Below, one piece after another: positions 37,300 to 49,400 of a stretch of 64,000 bases of DNA (position 1 is the first letter of the stretch; every line of letters begins with the position of its first letter). The DNA is from Mobula hypostoma (Eukaryota). Position numbers and translations under genes: made by a program. The notes under the pieces are model-generated. The model searched no databases. It worked only from the letters and a program-made list of their open reading frames with translations, and was not told the origin of the DNA. Location: assembly GCF_963921235.1 (NCBI RefSeq), contig NC_086102.1, positions 37,262,001-37,326,000 of the forward strand, in the 5' to 3' direction.

Positions 37300-38332
37300 C
37301 CCGTCTTCCCGCCACCTTAACAGTGATAGAGTTCTTCTTGTCTGTACTTGTTGGATGAGACCCTGCATCCAATACATCATCCTCCACAACTTCTGGCATC
37401 TCCGAAGGAATCCTACCACTAAACATAATTTTACCTCTCCCCCTCCCTGCTTTCTGCCGGGATCACTCCCTCTGTGATTTCTTTGTCCATTTGACCCTCC
37501 CCACTAATACCCCCTGGTACTTAACCCTGCAAGTGGCCTAAGTGCTACACATGCCCATTCACCTGCTCCCTCACCTCCATTCAAGACTCCAAACAGTCCT
37601 TCCAGGTGAGACAATACTTCACCTGTAAATCTGCTGGGAATGGTCTTTCCAGGTGCTCCTCTATATTGGTGAAACTCGTCATAAATTGGGGAACCGCTTC
37701 ATCAAACACCTCCGCTCCATCTGCAATAACCGGAACATCCTGGTGGACAAACATTTGAATTCCAATTCCCATTCCTGTTTTGACATAACAGTCCATGGCC
37801 TCCTCTTGTGCCATGATGAGGCCACCCTCAGGGTGGAGGAGTGACACCTTATATTCCACTTGAATACCCGCCAACCTGATGGCATGAATGTCGCTTTTGC
37901 CTTCCAGTAACAAACATTTCCCTTCCCTTCCCCTCTTCTTCTATTCCCACTCTGGCCTCTCATCTCTTCTCACCTGCCTATCACTCCCCCTGGGTTCCAT
38001 CCTCCTTCCCTTTCTCCTATAGTCTACTCTCCTCTCCTATCCGTTTACGTACCCCGTAACTGGGTTGCCAAACCAGCAGAAATGGAACGCTCGTTGGAAT
38101 CTGGATTACTAGGAACTAATAAAGTTTTATTAAAGAAATAAGTAATGCAGTACACTAATCGTAAGGATATAAATGTAACAGGTTAGCAATGATAATACAC
38201 ACATATACACAGAACTAGGGTAATAGGAATCAACCAAGCTCTATCGCAGTCTAGGGGTAAAATGATCAGTCTTAATTGAAGCAGAGTTCAGTTCAGTTTA
38301 GTGCAGTTCACAGTAATCACTGTTGTCTTACC

Positions 38333-38375
<43 letters not shown>

Positions 38376-39115
38376 TTTAGTTTCAGGCAGACCTTTTGAT
38401 GTCTTCTATCCTGCTGTGGTCACCGACTGTGACCCCTCCATTCCGGATACGATCGTTCTTCCGCAGTGAACCCGGCACCCAGGCAAGGGCGGACACACAC
38501 CCTAGGTTCCCACCAATCGTACATTTACGCCCTGTGAGCCTCCGGTCGGTTCCCGCGAACTGGACATCCAAACGCCCACCACTTGTGGGGGCACACTGCT
38601 CTTTCTAGGGTCTCGTGGTGTGTCGCGTGCCTTAGCAAACCTGCTCCTTTTATCCCCCTGCTGGGCTATCACCTGTCCATCAAACTTCAAACAGTTCAGG
38701 TTCAAAGCAACCAGTCTGTCAATATCTGAATTGTGTTTCTTTCCCGTTAATCCCTCTCTTCTCTCTTATTAGCATTTTGAATGTTTCTCCATTGTCTTTC
38801 TTATCTCTCTCCTTAGCATCATCCGTCCGGTAGCTCTGCTGGGCATCACACATGACATATCAGATTCATTCTTCTCCAGACCTTTACCTTTCCAACCCAC
38901 CTGGCTTCACCTGTCACCTTCCAGCTATTCTCCTTTCCCTCCCCCACCTTTTTACTCTGGCATCTTTCCCCTTCCTTTTCAATCCTGAAGAAGGGACTCA
39001 GCCCACATGGTCGACTGTTCATTCATTTTCATAGATGCTGCCTGATCTGTTGAGTTCCTCCTGCATTTTGTGTGAGTTGCTTTGGATTTCCAGCATCTGC
39101 AGGCTTTCTCATGTT
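37300..39115 (+). mobile_element. Penelope-like element 3' half interrupted by a solo LTR
   Basis: GIY-YIG remnant LLYIGETRHKLGNRFIKHLRSI (ORF 37653..37844); terminal repeat at about 38860-39115. Confidence 0.85.
38042..38857 (-). mobile_element. Solo LTR (~816 bp) containing (GA)n at about 38333-38370
   Basis: 4-bp TSD TATC at 38038-38041 and 38858-38861. The right end reads GACA on the + strand and the left end is a decayed TG. TATA-like GGATAAAAG and AATAAA are on the minus strand. Confidence 0.75.
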
Positions 39116-40020
39116 AACAAAAATACTTGCAGTGTTTTAATTACTTGCCAGCTTTTTCTCATCTTCAGTTTTCTCCCTGCTTACTAAACTCTTTGTCTTT
39201 TACCATTGGTTCCTGTAAAATTGTTAGTTCTCTGGTCTACCACAAGATCTCGCCATATTATACATTTATCCTTTAATGAAATACTTTCTTTGACCTCCTT
39301 TGCTTACCATTGCTCTCTTTCTTCTATTTCAATGGGACACTTCTCTGCTGAATGCTATGAATTAACTATCTAAATAACTGGCTCTACTCATCTATTAACT
39401 TATCCTTTAGTCTATTTAACCAGTCCAATCCAAACAACTCTATCTTCATACCATTGTAACAGCCTGGATTTAAGTGAGGACATTGGGTGTTCCTCCCCCA
39501 GGATTACGTGAAGTCAGAGTATCCACACGGTTCATTTGGCTCATGGCTTCAGGGGTTTTCTCTCTCAGTTGCCAAATCTCCATTCCTGCTACATTGCCCT
39601 AATATGTGCTGTATCTCTAAATAAATAAAAATAAAATTAGACAAATATTATCAACTGCTTATGTGCATTAATAAAGTTTCTATCAGTCTCCCAGTAAAAC
39701 TTTGGCAAAGAAAATTCCTTTTCCACATTTGACCAGTTTCATTCTTTTAAAATCTGGCAACTTGCAGTTAAACCTAATATTTGTGAATTTCTTTGGTCCA
39801 TACTTGTTTCCTGATGTATTAATGGACTTGCTATTCCCCAGATTTTATATGCATAAGCACATTTCTTAACAGATGTAAATATACAAGAGGCATGACATAA
39901 CGTTATTTTCTTTTCATATCATCTCAGAGCTGGCCAATCCTATCCATGATTTTCTACCTGCTCAACTAGTCATACCTGTTGGGTTCAAGTCATTGGTACA
40001 TTCTTTTGTTCCGATTAACA

Positions 40021-40157
40021 ATAACTCCACCTTCATTTTGGCATTGTGAAACTTCGTGCTCTAGTGAGGAAGCAAGTATTAAACTTCAAGAAGAAATTGA
40101 AACGACAAAAGTAAATGAAACTACAAGATAAAGAATGCTGAGAAGGAGCTGGAAAAT
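40021..40157 (+). other. Candidate 5' exon of gene 2 (start uncertain)
   Basis: Lies in non-repetitive DNA and ends in a strong donor AT|GTAAGT at 40158. It could splice to the acceptor ending at 43221. No transcript support is available. Confidence 0.3.
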
Positions 40158-40694
40158 GTAAGTACATTATTTTTAAATGCTTCCATCTCTGTGAGCAGGT
40201 TGAGATATGACTTAATTTCTAGTATAGGATTTTGATTTGCGGTTTTGACCTAGATGTGAGAATCTTTCTATTCTCACTTCAGGAAATCTAATAGCAGTGG
40301 CATAAAGTGATACTGCACAAGTTACTTTTTACAGTACAATTCCACTATTTTATTATTTCGTTGTTCAGAAATCCCAATGGTTTGGCATCTGGCTCGTCCA
40401 GAGATTAACATTCAGCCCCACCTTCTGTTTCACCTCACTGGGACCCTGGAGATACTCTAAACATACCGTACTCAAAGGTTATCCTCGTCTTTCCGACTTG
40501 ATTCTTTCCTTGTTTACTCAGTGGCTGACTTTAAAATATTGATCGAACCTTTAAGCCAAATGTGCTGTAACATCCTGCAGTTCTAAACTCTAACTGAACT
40601 ATTCCTTCTTCTTATCCTTGTGTATCCTCCATTCTTTCAAAACATTATTGGAGTCTAGCACTTTGTCAGTCAACCCCTCGAATTTCCTTTCCCA

Positions 40695-41170
40695 ATGTAA
40701 CAGAAATTGGTTTACGACTCAAAATCATTTTCATTACATTGATTTATTTGATCTTAAATAATCATTGCAAAGGAAACTACCGAAGAGCCAAGATACACTT
40801 TACTCTCCTCCTTTTGTCCTCCTCCCTTTCTTCCCCAAGGGAGGGTAACCACACAGAAACTGATTTAAAGGGCGATTCACTTTCGTGCAGCCTTTCCAGA
40901 ACCTCCGATAGTACCCACAGAACCCAAGGAACGAGCACAAAGCACTCACAGTCTGGGGCCTTGATCCGCCTCAATCTTAGACGGATCCATAGCTACTCCA
41001 TCATGAGACTTTGTGCCCAACATAGCTGACAGACCAGAGAAAGTCTGGTCCAGGGAAAGTTTTAACCCTTCAGCTTTCAGGCGGCCCAGCACCTTCAGCG
41101 ACTGAAAGGCCTCTTCACATTTCACATTGTTGGCGCCAGGCATCTCACAAACTACTGACCTTCTGTGATT
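40695..41170 (-). mobile_element. Gypsy LTR-retrotransposon remnant (pol pieces plus LTR-like end)
   Basis: ORF 40946..41143 contains KCEEAFQSLK, VLGRLKAEGLKLSL and DGVAMDPSKIEA. Confidence 0.7.
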
Positions 41171-41199
41171 TTAATGCACAACAGTCTCTAGAGTCTACA

Positions 41200-41457
41200 G
41201 GAGGTGGTGAAAAAAATCCCCTGTGGTAGTTCTGTGGGCAAAAACACCAGGCAATTCAAAAGAGAATGGCCAGGCTGGTTCAAGCTGACAGGAAGGTAAC
41301 ATTAACACAATAACCATGCACTACAACAATGGTGCGCAAAAGAATGTCTCTGAACATGTAAAATGTCAAAGTTTGGGGTGGATGGGCAGCAGAACATAAC
41401 CTCAGTGACCATTGTATTAGGTTCAGGAGGTACCTAATAAAGTGGCCACTGAGGGTA
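41200..41457 (+). mobile_element. Tc1-like DNA transposon remnant with one TIR
   Basis: HTH-region remnant (MARLVQADRK..TQIT..YN-like) and TIR GGTACCTAATAAAGTGGCCACTGAGGG followed by TA. Confidence 0.7.
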
Positions 41458-41469
41458 TTGTATGTTGTT

Positions 41470-42780
41470 GCACCTGTTAACTGGTAATCTGAAAGAACAT
41501 ACAAACAAGGATGTAATATTAAAATGTTATAAAGCACTGGTGGGGCCTCACTTGGAGGATTGTGAGCAGTTTTGGGCCCCTTATCTTAGAATAGATGTGT
41601 TGAAACTGAAGAAGGTTCAAAGGAGGTTCATGAAGATGATTCTAGCTTTGAACAGCTTGTCATATGAAGAGTATCTGATGGCTCTGGGCCTGTATTCGCT
41701 AGAATTCAGAAGAATGAGGGGTGTCCTCATTGAAACCTATTGAATGGTGAAAGGCCTTGATAGAGTGGATGTGGAGAGGATGTTTCCTATGGTGGGAGAG
41801 TCTAAGACCAGAGGACACAGCCTCAGAATTGAAGGATGTCCTTTTGGAACAGAGATGAAGAGGAATTATTTTAGAGAGGTGAATCTGTGGAATTCATTGC
41901 CACAGGCAGCTGTGGAGGACAAGTCTTTATGTATATTTAAGGCAGAGGTTGCTAGATTCTTGACTGGCCAGGGTATGAGGGGATATGGGGAGAAGGCAGG
42001 AGATTGGGGCTGAGAGGGAAAATGGATCAGCCATGATGAAATGAAGGAGCAGGCTCGATGAAGCAAATGGCCTAATTCTGCTCCTGGATCTTACAGTCTT
42101 ATTTGTTAAATGATTTTGAAGAATCATTTTCGGTTTCATGGTTCTTTGCAGGTAACCTGACATTACTCAAGGACTAAACAAGGGATTGACATTCCTTTTT
42201 GATAACACACGTTCCCAATGATAAAATAAAAATCAAGTTTCAGACTTTCACTACCTTTCATTGTTTTACAAACTTTGGTGAGACCGCACTTAAAGTATAG
42301 TGTTTACAGTCTTGATCACGCTGTTACAGGAAATAGTTCATTAAATTGGAACTATAGCGGAGAAGATTTACTAGGATGCTGTCAGGCCTTGAGGGCCTCT
42401 ATGATAGGAGGAGGTTGGGCCAGAGTATGACCTTGTTCCTTAGAATGGAGGAGAAATAGGGCAGACGTAAAATCATGAGGGTTATTAATAGGCTGAACAC
42501 ACATAATCTTTTTCCCAGGAAAGGGAAACTAAAGACTAGAGAACATGCTGTAGGTTTTAGGTGAGAAGTGAAATATTTAAAAGTGATCTGAGGAGTAACT
42601 TTTCATGGAGGGGGTGGTGCTTATATGGAGCGAGCTGTTAGAGAATGCTGTTGAAGCAGATATGGTAAAACATTTGGATAAGTACATGGATAGCAGAGAT
42701 GAGGGTCAAATGGGCTAAGCTTGGTCAATATACACATGTTGGGCTGAAGGGCCAGCTTCCATGTTGTATGACTCTATGAC
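41470..42780 (+). mobile_element. Two CR1 3' fragments
   Basis: ORFs 41462..41743 and 41744..42013 (RT C-terminus); a second subfamily tail at about 42270-42780. Confidence 0.85.
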
Positions 42781-43347
42781 TTTATGCCTCTCTCTTTAAT
42801 TCTTCTGGAGATTACTAATACTTCTAATAAATTATCATCATTATGGATTTCCCCCTTAATTCCTGAATTTGATGGTTTTGCAACTAATCAGAGACATTAC
42901 GAATTAACTGCCTTTGTTCAGAATATCCTTGTATCTCTAAAACTGTGAAAATTAAGCTTTGGAGAGATTTAGTTAATATGTAATCTCATTGCTGTGCAGA
43001 GATCAAATTTCAAATGTATACCCAGGGCAACCTTTCATCTCTAAGTGACTTTGGACTTTGAAATGATTAACTTCACAAGCATGCCGGACAAATCTTACAG
43101 TGGTCTACATCATTTGGCGAAAATGGTTTACCAGAAAGCAAAGAGGCAATGTAACTTGCATTACTTCCTATGAAAATGTACTTTAAACATAATTTGATCT
43201 GATGTCACATTTTTATTGCAGGACTTTGATTCTGAAATTGAATAAGTACTTCTAATGAGATATACAATTAAGATTTGCATCGCTTGCAACTTCATGTGAA
43301 ATTATGTACTCTGAAGAAAACTACTGTGAATTGAAAGAGATGCAGAG

Positions 43348-43405
43348 ATGTTACACCAACTAGCCAGCTTTTGTATATTTGGGATTTTTCAACTAATAAG
43401 AGCAG
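43348..43405 (+). CDS. HHLA2: Gene 2 leader exon (MLHQLASFCIFGIFQLIRA)
   Basis: ATG at 43348 has an in-frame upstream TGA (43327). The stretch is hydrophobic and ends at a phase-1 donor AG|GTGACA. An upstream acceptor ttttattgcAG ends at 43221. Confidence 0.6.
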
Positions 43406-46400
43406 GTGACATTCCATTTTATTAAAGTTTTGTGTTATCGCGTTGACTTTATCAAAACCTGAATGTTAAATTAGGATCAGAACGCATTTTTCTAAATTAC
43501 ACTATTGATGGTCTTGAAAGTATAACGAGTGAAAAATTATCACATGGATAAATAGAGTTCTAACCCCACTGAAAGTGGTTATTAGAACAATTATTAACAG
43601 TGCTCTATTAATAAGAATGAAATATGTGCATTCTTTCTATGCGTCTTAACTGTTTAAAAAAAATAAATCTGTTGTTAAGTATGTTCCTAGACCAGGGATC
43701 TGTGGCCCCTGATTTACTGTTATTGTTAGATAAGTAACTTTTTAAAAGGGAATTGAATAAGTACTTCAAGCAAGTGTGAGGGAAAGGCATTGGCTGTGCT
43801 TATAGCAAAGGTGTCTGTGCCACTTGGAAGTCTAAATCTTACTAAAATTGATCTAGTCAGCTTCCTGAAGGGGTCTCCTGGATTCAGGGTGGGGAAATTA
43901 TCAGGGAAGTGGGAGATGGCCAGTCCGCTGGAAGGTAGAAGTTTGGTGGGTAACAAAGGCAGGAAGTGCTAGAAGATCAAAGAGAATCACAGAATTTATG
44001 TTTTGGAAAAATAAAAAAAACATGTCTTTAGGTTGCTGAGATGAGAAGTATGCAGTATTTATACCAACTTTTCCCAACCTAACACCATTCAAATAACACA
44101 CTTGCCAAAGTGGATCTTTCGGGTAGAGGGGAGTGTTTACTGGATGCTAGAGAAATCAATGCATGTGCGGGCCAGGTTAAGGTACAGTTCCTCTAACCTG
44201 TGTTTAGCCTTAACCTGGCTGAAGTGGAGGCTGTGGACAGACATATTAGTGTGGGAATAGGAAGTGGAATTAAAATGGCTGGCCACTGGGAGATCCTGGC
44301 TGTGACAGCAGGTGAAAGGTAGGCGCCCAATGAGATTTCTGTGTTGGATGTCATTGATATGGAGGAAGCCACTCCAAGAACACCAAATGCAATCAAGTTG
44401 ATGGATTTACATATGACCTGGCTGCCTGACCTGGAAGGACTGTTTAGGGCCTGAACGGTGGTGGGCGAAAAGGTGTAGGGGCAAGTGTAACACTTAGCAT
44501 GGTTGCAGTGATAGATGCCTGGAGGGGGCTTGGTGCAGAAACACGGGAGGACAAGGGAAAGTGATCCTGCAGAGAGAGCAAGAGGTAAGATGTGCTAGGG
44601 TCCTGTTGGAGACGGTGGAAGATGAGAAAAATAATATGTTTGATGCGGAGGTTCAAAGGGTAATAAGTGAGGACAAGGGGGAGCCCTATTCCTGATATAT
44701 TGGAGGGGAGGGGGTGATGGGGTGAGGGCAGACATGTGGGAAATAGAAGAGATATGGGTGGATGGGATCCATCAACAACATTGCTGGAGGCGTGGAGGGA
44801 AATCCTGTTTTCTGAAAAATGACAACATTTTGATATCCTGGAATGGAAAACCTTACCATAGAACAGGTGTGACAGAGATGGAGGAAATGAAAGAAGGGAA
44901 TAGCAGCACAGGATGGGAAGAAATGTAGTCGGGATACCTGTGGGAGTTCGTGAGTTTCTAGAAGATGCTGGTGCATAATTTGTCTCCCAGGACAGAGACA
45001 GAGAGATCAAGAAAGTGGAGAGAAGTCATAGAGTTATAAAAAAGTACTGCACAGTACTGCAAAGTACTACTTCAGCTCACCTGGTCCATACCAAACCATT
45101 TGAACTGCCTAGTTCCAATCATCTTGCACCGAGACTATAGCTCTCCATCCATGTACCTATCCAAACTTCTCTCAAACACTGAAATTGCGCTCACATGCAC
45201 CACTTTAGCTGGCAGCTCGTTCCACACTCTCACTGCTCTCTGTGTGAAGACATTTTCCCTCATCTCCCCTTAAACATTTCACATATCACCCTTAACCCAT
45301 GATCTTTAGTTGTAGTCCCACCTAACTTCATTGGAAAAAGTCTGCTTGCATTTACCCTATCTATACCCCTCATAATTTTGATTACCTCCAACAAATCTCC
45401 CCTCAATTTTCTATGTTCCAAGGAATTAACATGGTCATACTTTTCTTATTCTTTAGTTCCACCCATGAAGCCTCACTAGACGAGTTCTCTGAACTGTACT
45501 GAATGGGTACTGCCATGACATTTTTCCTGACTCGTAACGACACCCTCCTCCTTTACTCCCTCCCGCTCTGTCACATCGAAAACAATGGAACGCTGGAATA
45601 CTGAGCTGTCAGTCCTGCCACTCCAGCAACCGATGTCTACAATATAATGACTCCACGTGTTAATGCATGCCCTGAGCTTACCTGCCTTTCCCACACTACT
45701 TCTTGTATTGAAATACACATAGTTCAGAATATCAGTCACACCAGAATCAGAATCAGAGTCAGGCTTAATCTCACCAGCATATGTCGTGAAATTTGTTGAA
45801 GCAGTACAATGCAATACATCATAATAAAATTCATGAATTATAGGAAGTATGTGTGTGTATATATATCATCGTCGTGGCTATCCCTCGAGGTCGAGAGTGA
45901 TGGTCTTCGTTCTGTTGATCTACTTATGGGCTCTCAAGTGGCTTATGAGTCCAACCTTGGCTTTGGAAGTTCTTCCGCATTCAGGACAGGTAGCTCCAGA
46001 TGGCAGATTGGGCTTTGGTTGTTGCTGCCTCTCTTTCCATTTTCTTCTCTTCTAATTCTGCACATCTGTTGGCTTTGAAAGTTGCTGTTCCTTCTCGGAT
46101 GATGGCTTGCCAGAGTTTCCTGTCCTTGGCATTGGTTTCGCAACTGTTGATGTCAATGTTACATTTCTTCATGTTGTCTTTTAAGACGTCTTTGAATCTC
46201 TTCTGTTGTCCGCCTTCTTTATATGTATATATATTCAGAAATATGATGGCAGAGAGGAAGAAGCTGTTCCTGAATCACTGAGTGTGTGCCTTCAGGCTCC
46301 TGTACCTTCTCCCTGATGGTAGCAATGAGAAGAGGGCAAGTCCTGGCTGATAGGGGTCCTTAATGATGGATGCCACCTTTTTGAGACATCTCTCCTTGAA

Positions 46401-49400
46401 GATGTCCTGGATGCTACGGCACATCTTTAAGTGGTATTGATTGTTAACACAAATGCTGTATTTCACTGTTTCTTTTTGATGTACACATAAATGAATTTGA
46501 GTAAATGAATCTCAGTCTGAGGCCTTTCCGATGGGGGGATAGATGTGTACAGGGTTGGCCATCCATGGTGAAAGTGAGGTAGTCAGCACTAGGGAGATGA
46601 AAATTATTGAAGAGTTGGAGAGTATGAGGGGTCACAGATATAGTTGTTCTGTGATTGAGATAGGAACTGCTTGATCAGCCACTTATGACATCACTTCACC
46701 TGCTTGATGTAAACTGCTTGTCTTTGATTAGTGTCTGATGGTCACATGCTTAAAGTCCTTTGTTCGTTTAAGCCCTGGTTACCATAGATACCAAGGGCAT
46801 ATTCATTACCATAAATCCATAAGATACAGGAGCAGAATTAGGCCATTTGGCCCATCGACTCTGCTCTGCCATTTCATCATGGCTGATCCAATTTTCCTCT
46901 CAGCCCCAATCCCCTGCCTTCCCCCCACTCCCCCTTCCCCGTTTCCCTTCATGACCTGACCAGTCAAGAATCTGTCAACGTCTGCCTTAACTATGCATAA
47001 AGACGGCCTCCACAGCTGCCCATGGCAAAGAATACCACAGATTCACTGCTCCCTGGCTAAAGAAATTCCTTCTCATCTCCATTCTAAAAGGACACCCCTC
47101 TTTTCTGAGGCTGTCTCCTCTGGTCTTAGGCTCCCCCACCACAAGAAACATCCTCCTTTCATCTATTGAGGCCTTTCACCATTTCACAGGTTTCAATAAG
47201 GTTACCCCTCATTCTTCTGAATTCCAGTAAGTACATGCTCAGAGCCATCACTCTTCATATGACAAGCCATTCAATCCTGGAATCATTTTCATGAACCTCC
47301 TTTGAAACCTCTGCAGTTTCAGCACATCCGTTGTAAGATAAGGGGCCCAAAACTGCACAAACATCCAATTCCTCCAGAGGTAGTCTGCAGCACAAAATCT
47401 ATCAATTAACTACTCACAGCGGACGTATTTAAGCAAATAATGGGTATGTGTCATAATCTCATGATACATCATTCTTACATTTTCAGTCTGTGTCTCCCAT
47501 ATTATGTTCTTGCTTCTCTGTTGTTACCCCCACTGTTACAGAGACAATCCTGGAGCTAGCAGTGTTATCTCTGTGGTAAACCATATATATATGTTGTAAC
47601 TGGGTTAACTGTCTGGACATGTCCCTCTGCTGACTGCCCCTGTGGCTCCTCCCACAGTGTCCTGTATAAAGGTGTTTCGCCCTGCCCCTGCCCCTCAGTC
47701 CGGGGCCAGACACTCACCGTGGAGGTCGTATTGTACAGTGAATAAAATTGAAGCACCTTCAATAACTCCAAAAGACTGAGGTTTGGTAAAATACTGAAAG
47801 GCTTTTATTCGCTGTACAATACAACCTCCATGGTGAGTGTCTGCCCCCAGACTGAGGAGGAGGGGCAAGGCGAAACACCTTTATACAGGACTCTGTGGGA
47901 GGATCCACAGGGGCAGTCAGCAGAGGGGTGTGTCCAGACAGTTAACCCAGTTACAACGTATATATATGGTTTACCACAATCTCTAAATCCAGGAATGCAA
48001 AAACAAATGCCATTGGTCCTGTGGTGTTGGAGTTATCTCCATTTAAATAGCTATGAGGGGTCTTTATTTCTGAGCTGGGTGGCTCTGTTACACCGATCAG
48101 CAGGGATGGTTAATCGGATGTGGATACTCTTTGTCCCACAGTTTGCTTTACAATACAGAATGTAAGCTAACACCACTCCTGCTTCAGGCTTGGCCCTTAT
48201 GTTCATGCAGGGCTCCACTTCTGTCCCATGGGCTACAATGTAGCCTGAATGAAGATGAGGTCCTCTAGTTTCATGTTGGAAATTGTTGGAACAGTGTAGG
48301 AAGCTGAAGACAGAGAGATCTGCATGGGGCAGAGATTTAAAATGAAAGGCGAGGGGAAGCAACACAGAGCGTCATAGGAAGTCATTCCTGCCTGTGGCCA
48401 TCAAACTTTACAACTCCCCCCCTTGGAGGGTCAGACACCCTGAGCCGATAGGCTGGTCCTGGACTTATTTCCTGGCATAATTTACATATTACTATTTAAC
48501 TATTTATGGTTCTATTACTATTTATTATTTATGGTGCAACTGTAACGAAAACCAATTTCCCCCGGGATCAATAAAGTATGACTATGTCTATGACTATGAC
48601 TATGACTATGACTATGACTATGACTAAGACTATGACTAAGTGGAATGCATAGCAGTCGTCCAACCTGTTTTTGGTTTCCCTAGTGCTGAGGAGATCACAT
48701 ACTGAGAAAGGAATGTGAGAAGTATGGGAGTGTACCAGTTCACCTGGGGGCCCTGTTTAGGACATACTAAGGAATGTAACAAATGTGGGTATGTGCCAGT
48801 TCAAGTGTTTGGGTTCCTGGGTGGTGGAAAGAGAAGAGAAATGAGGACAAGGCTTACAGAGAAAAGCAAGCGCAGTGAAGAGCAGTGATTGGACCAGAGA
48901 GTCACAAGATATTCAGCTTTGATTTTTGTTTCTGTTTCAGTTTCCAGCAACTGTGTTTTTTTTTCTTTCGGGGTCTGGAAGGGATTTGACACTCTTAGGG
49001 AGGATATTAAGAACTATGGGACCCTGGAGGAACATTTCTTCTCCTGTCTTCCTAAAAATAAAACTTCTATCTATTGTAACTCAACCATTTAGATCTGTTC
49101 TACCATTTGATGAGTACACTGACTTTGCCAAGTTAATACCCAAAAATGACAGTCAGCCTGCTGTGGTAATACCAAAACGGTAAGTCAGGTACTGAAACAG
49201 CCACCCAACAACCCATCCCAAAACAGTCAGACAACCTGGTTACCTAAAATTAGTTAGTGAGGCCTACTGCAATGTGCGTCATTAGTGGGCTCTAACTTTT
49301 GCACTTTGGGTCCATTAATGTCCCATTCTGTTGGAACAACATAGTAAGTTAGAATAGGTCACAGAATAGATAGCTCTCTCTGAGTAGACTTGATAGGGCT

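Noticed and set aside
48570-48640. Regularly spaced repeat or CRISPR-like array
   Set aside because: Simple (GACTAT)n LINE tail without spacers in a vertebrate genome.
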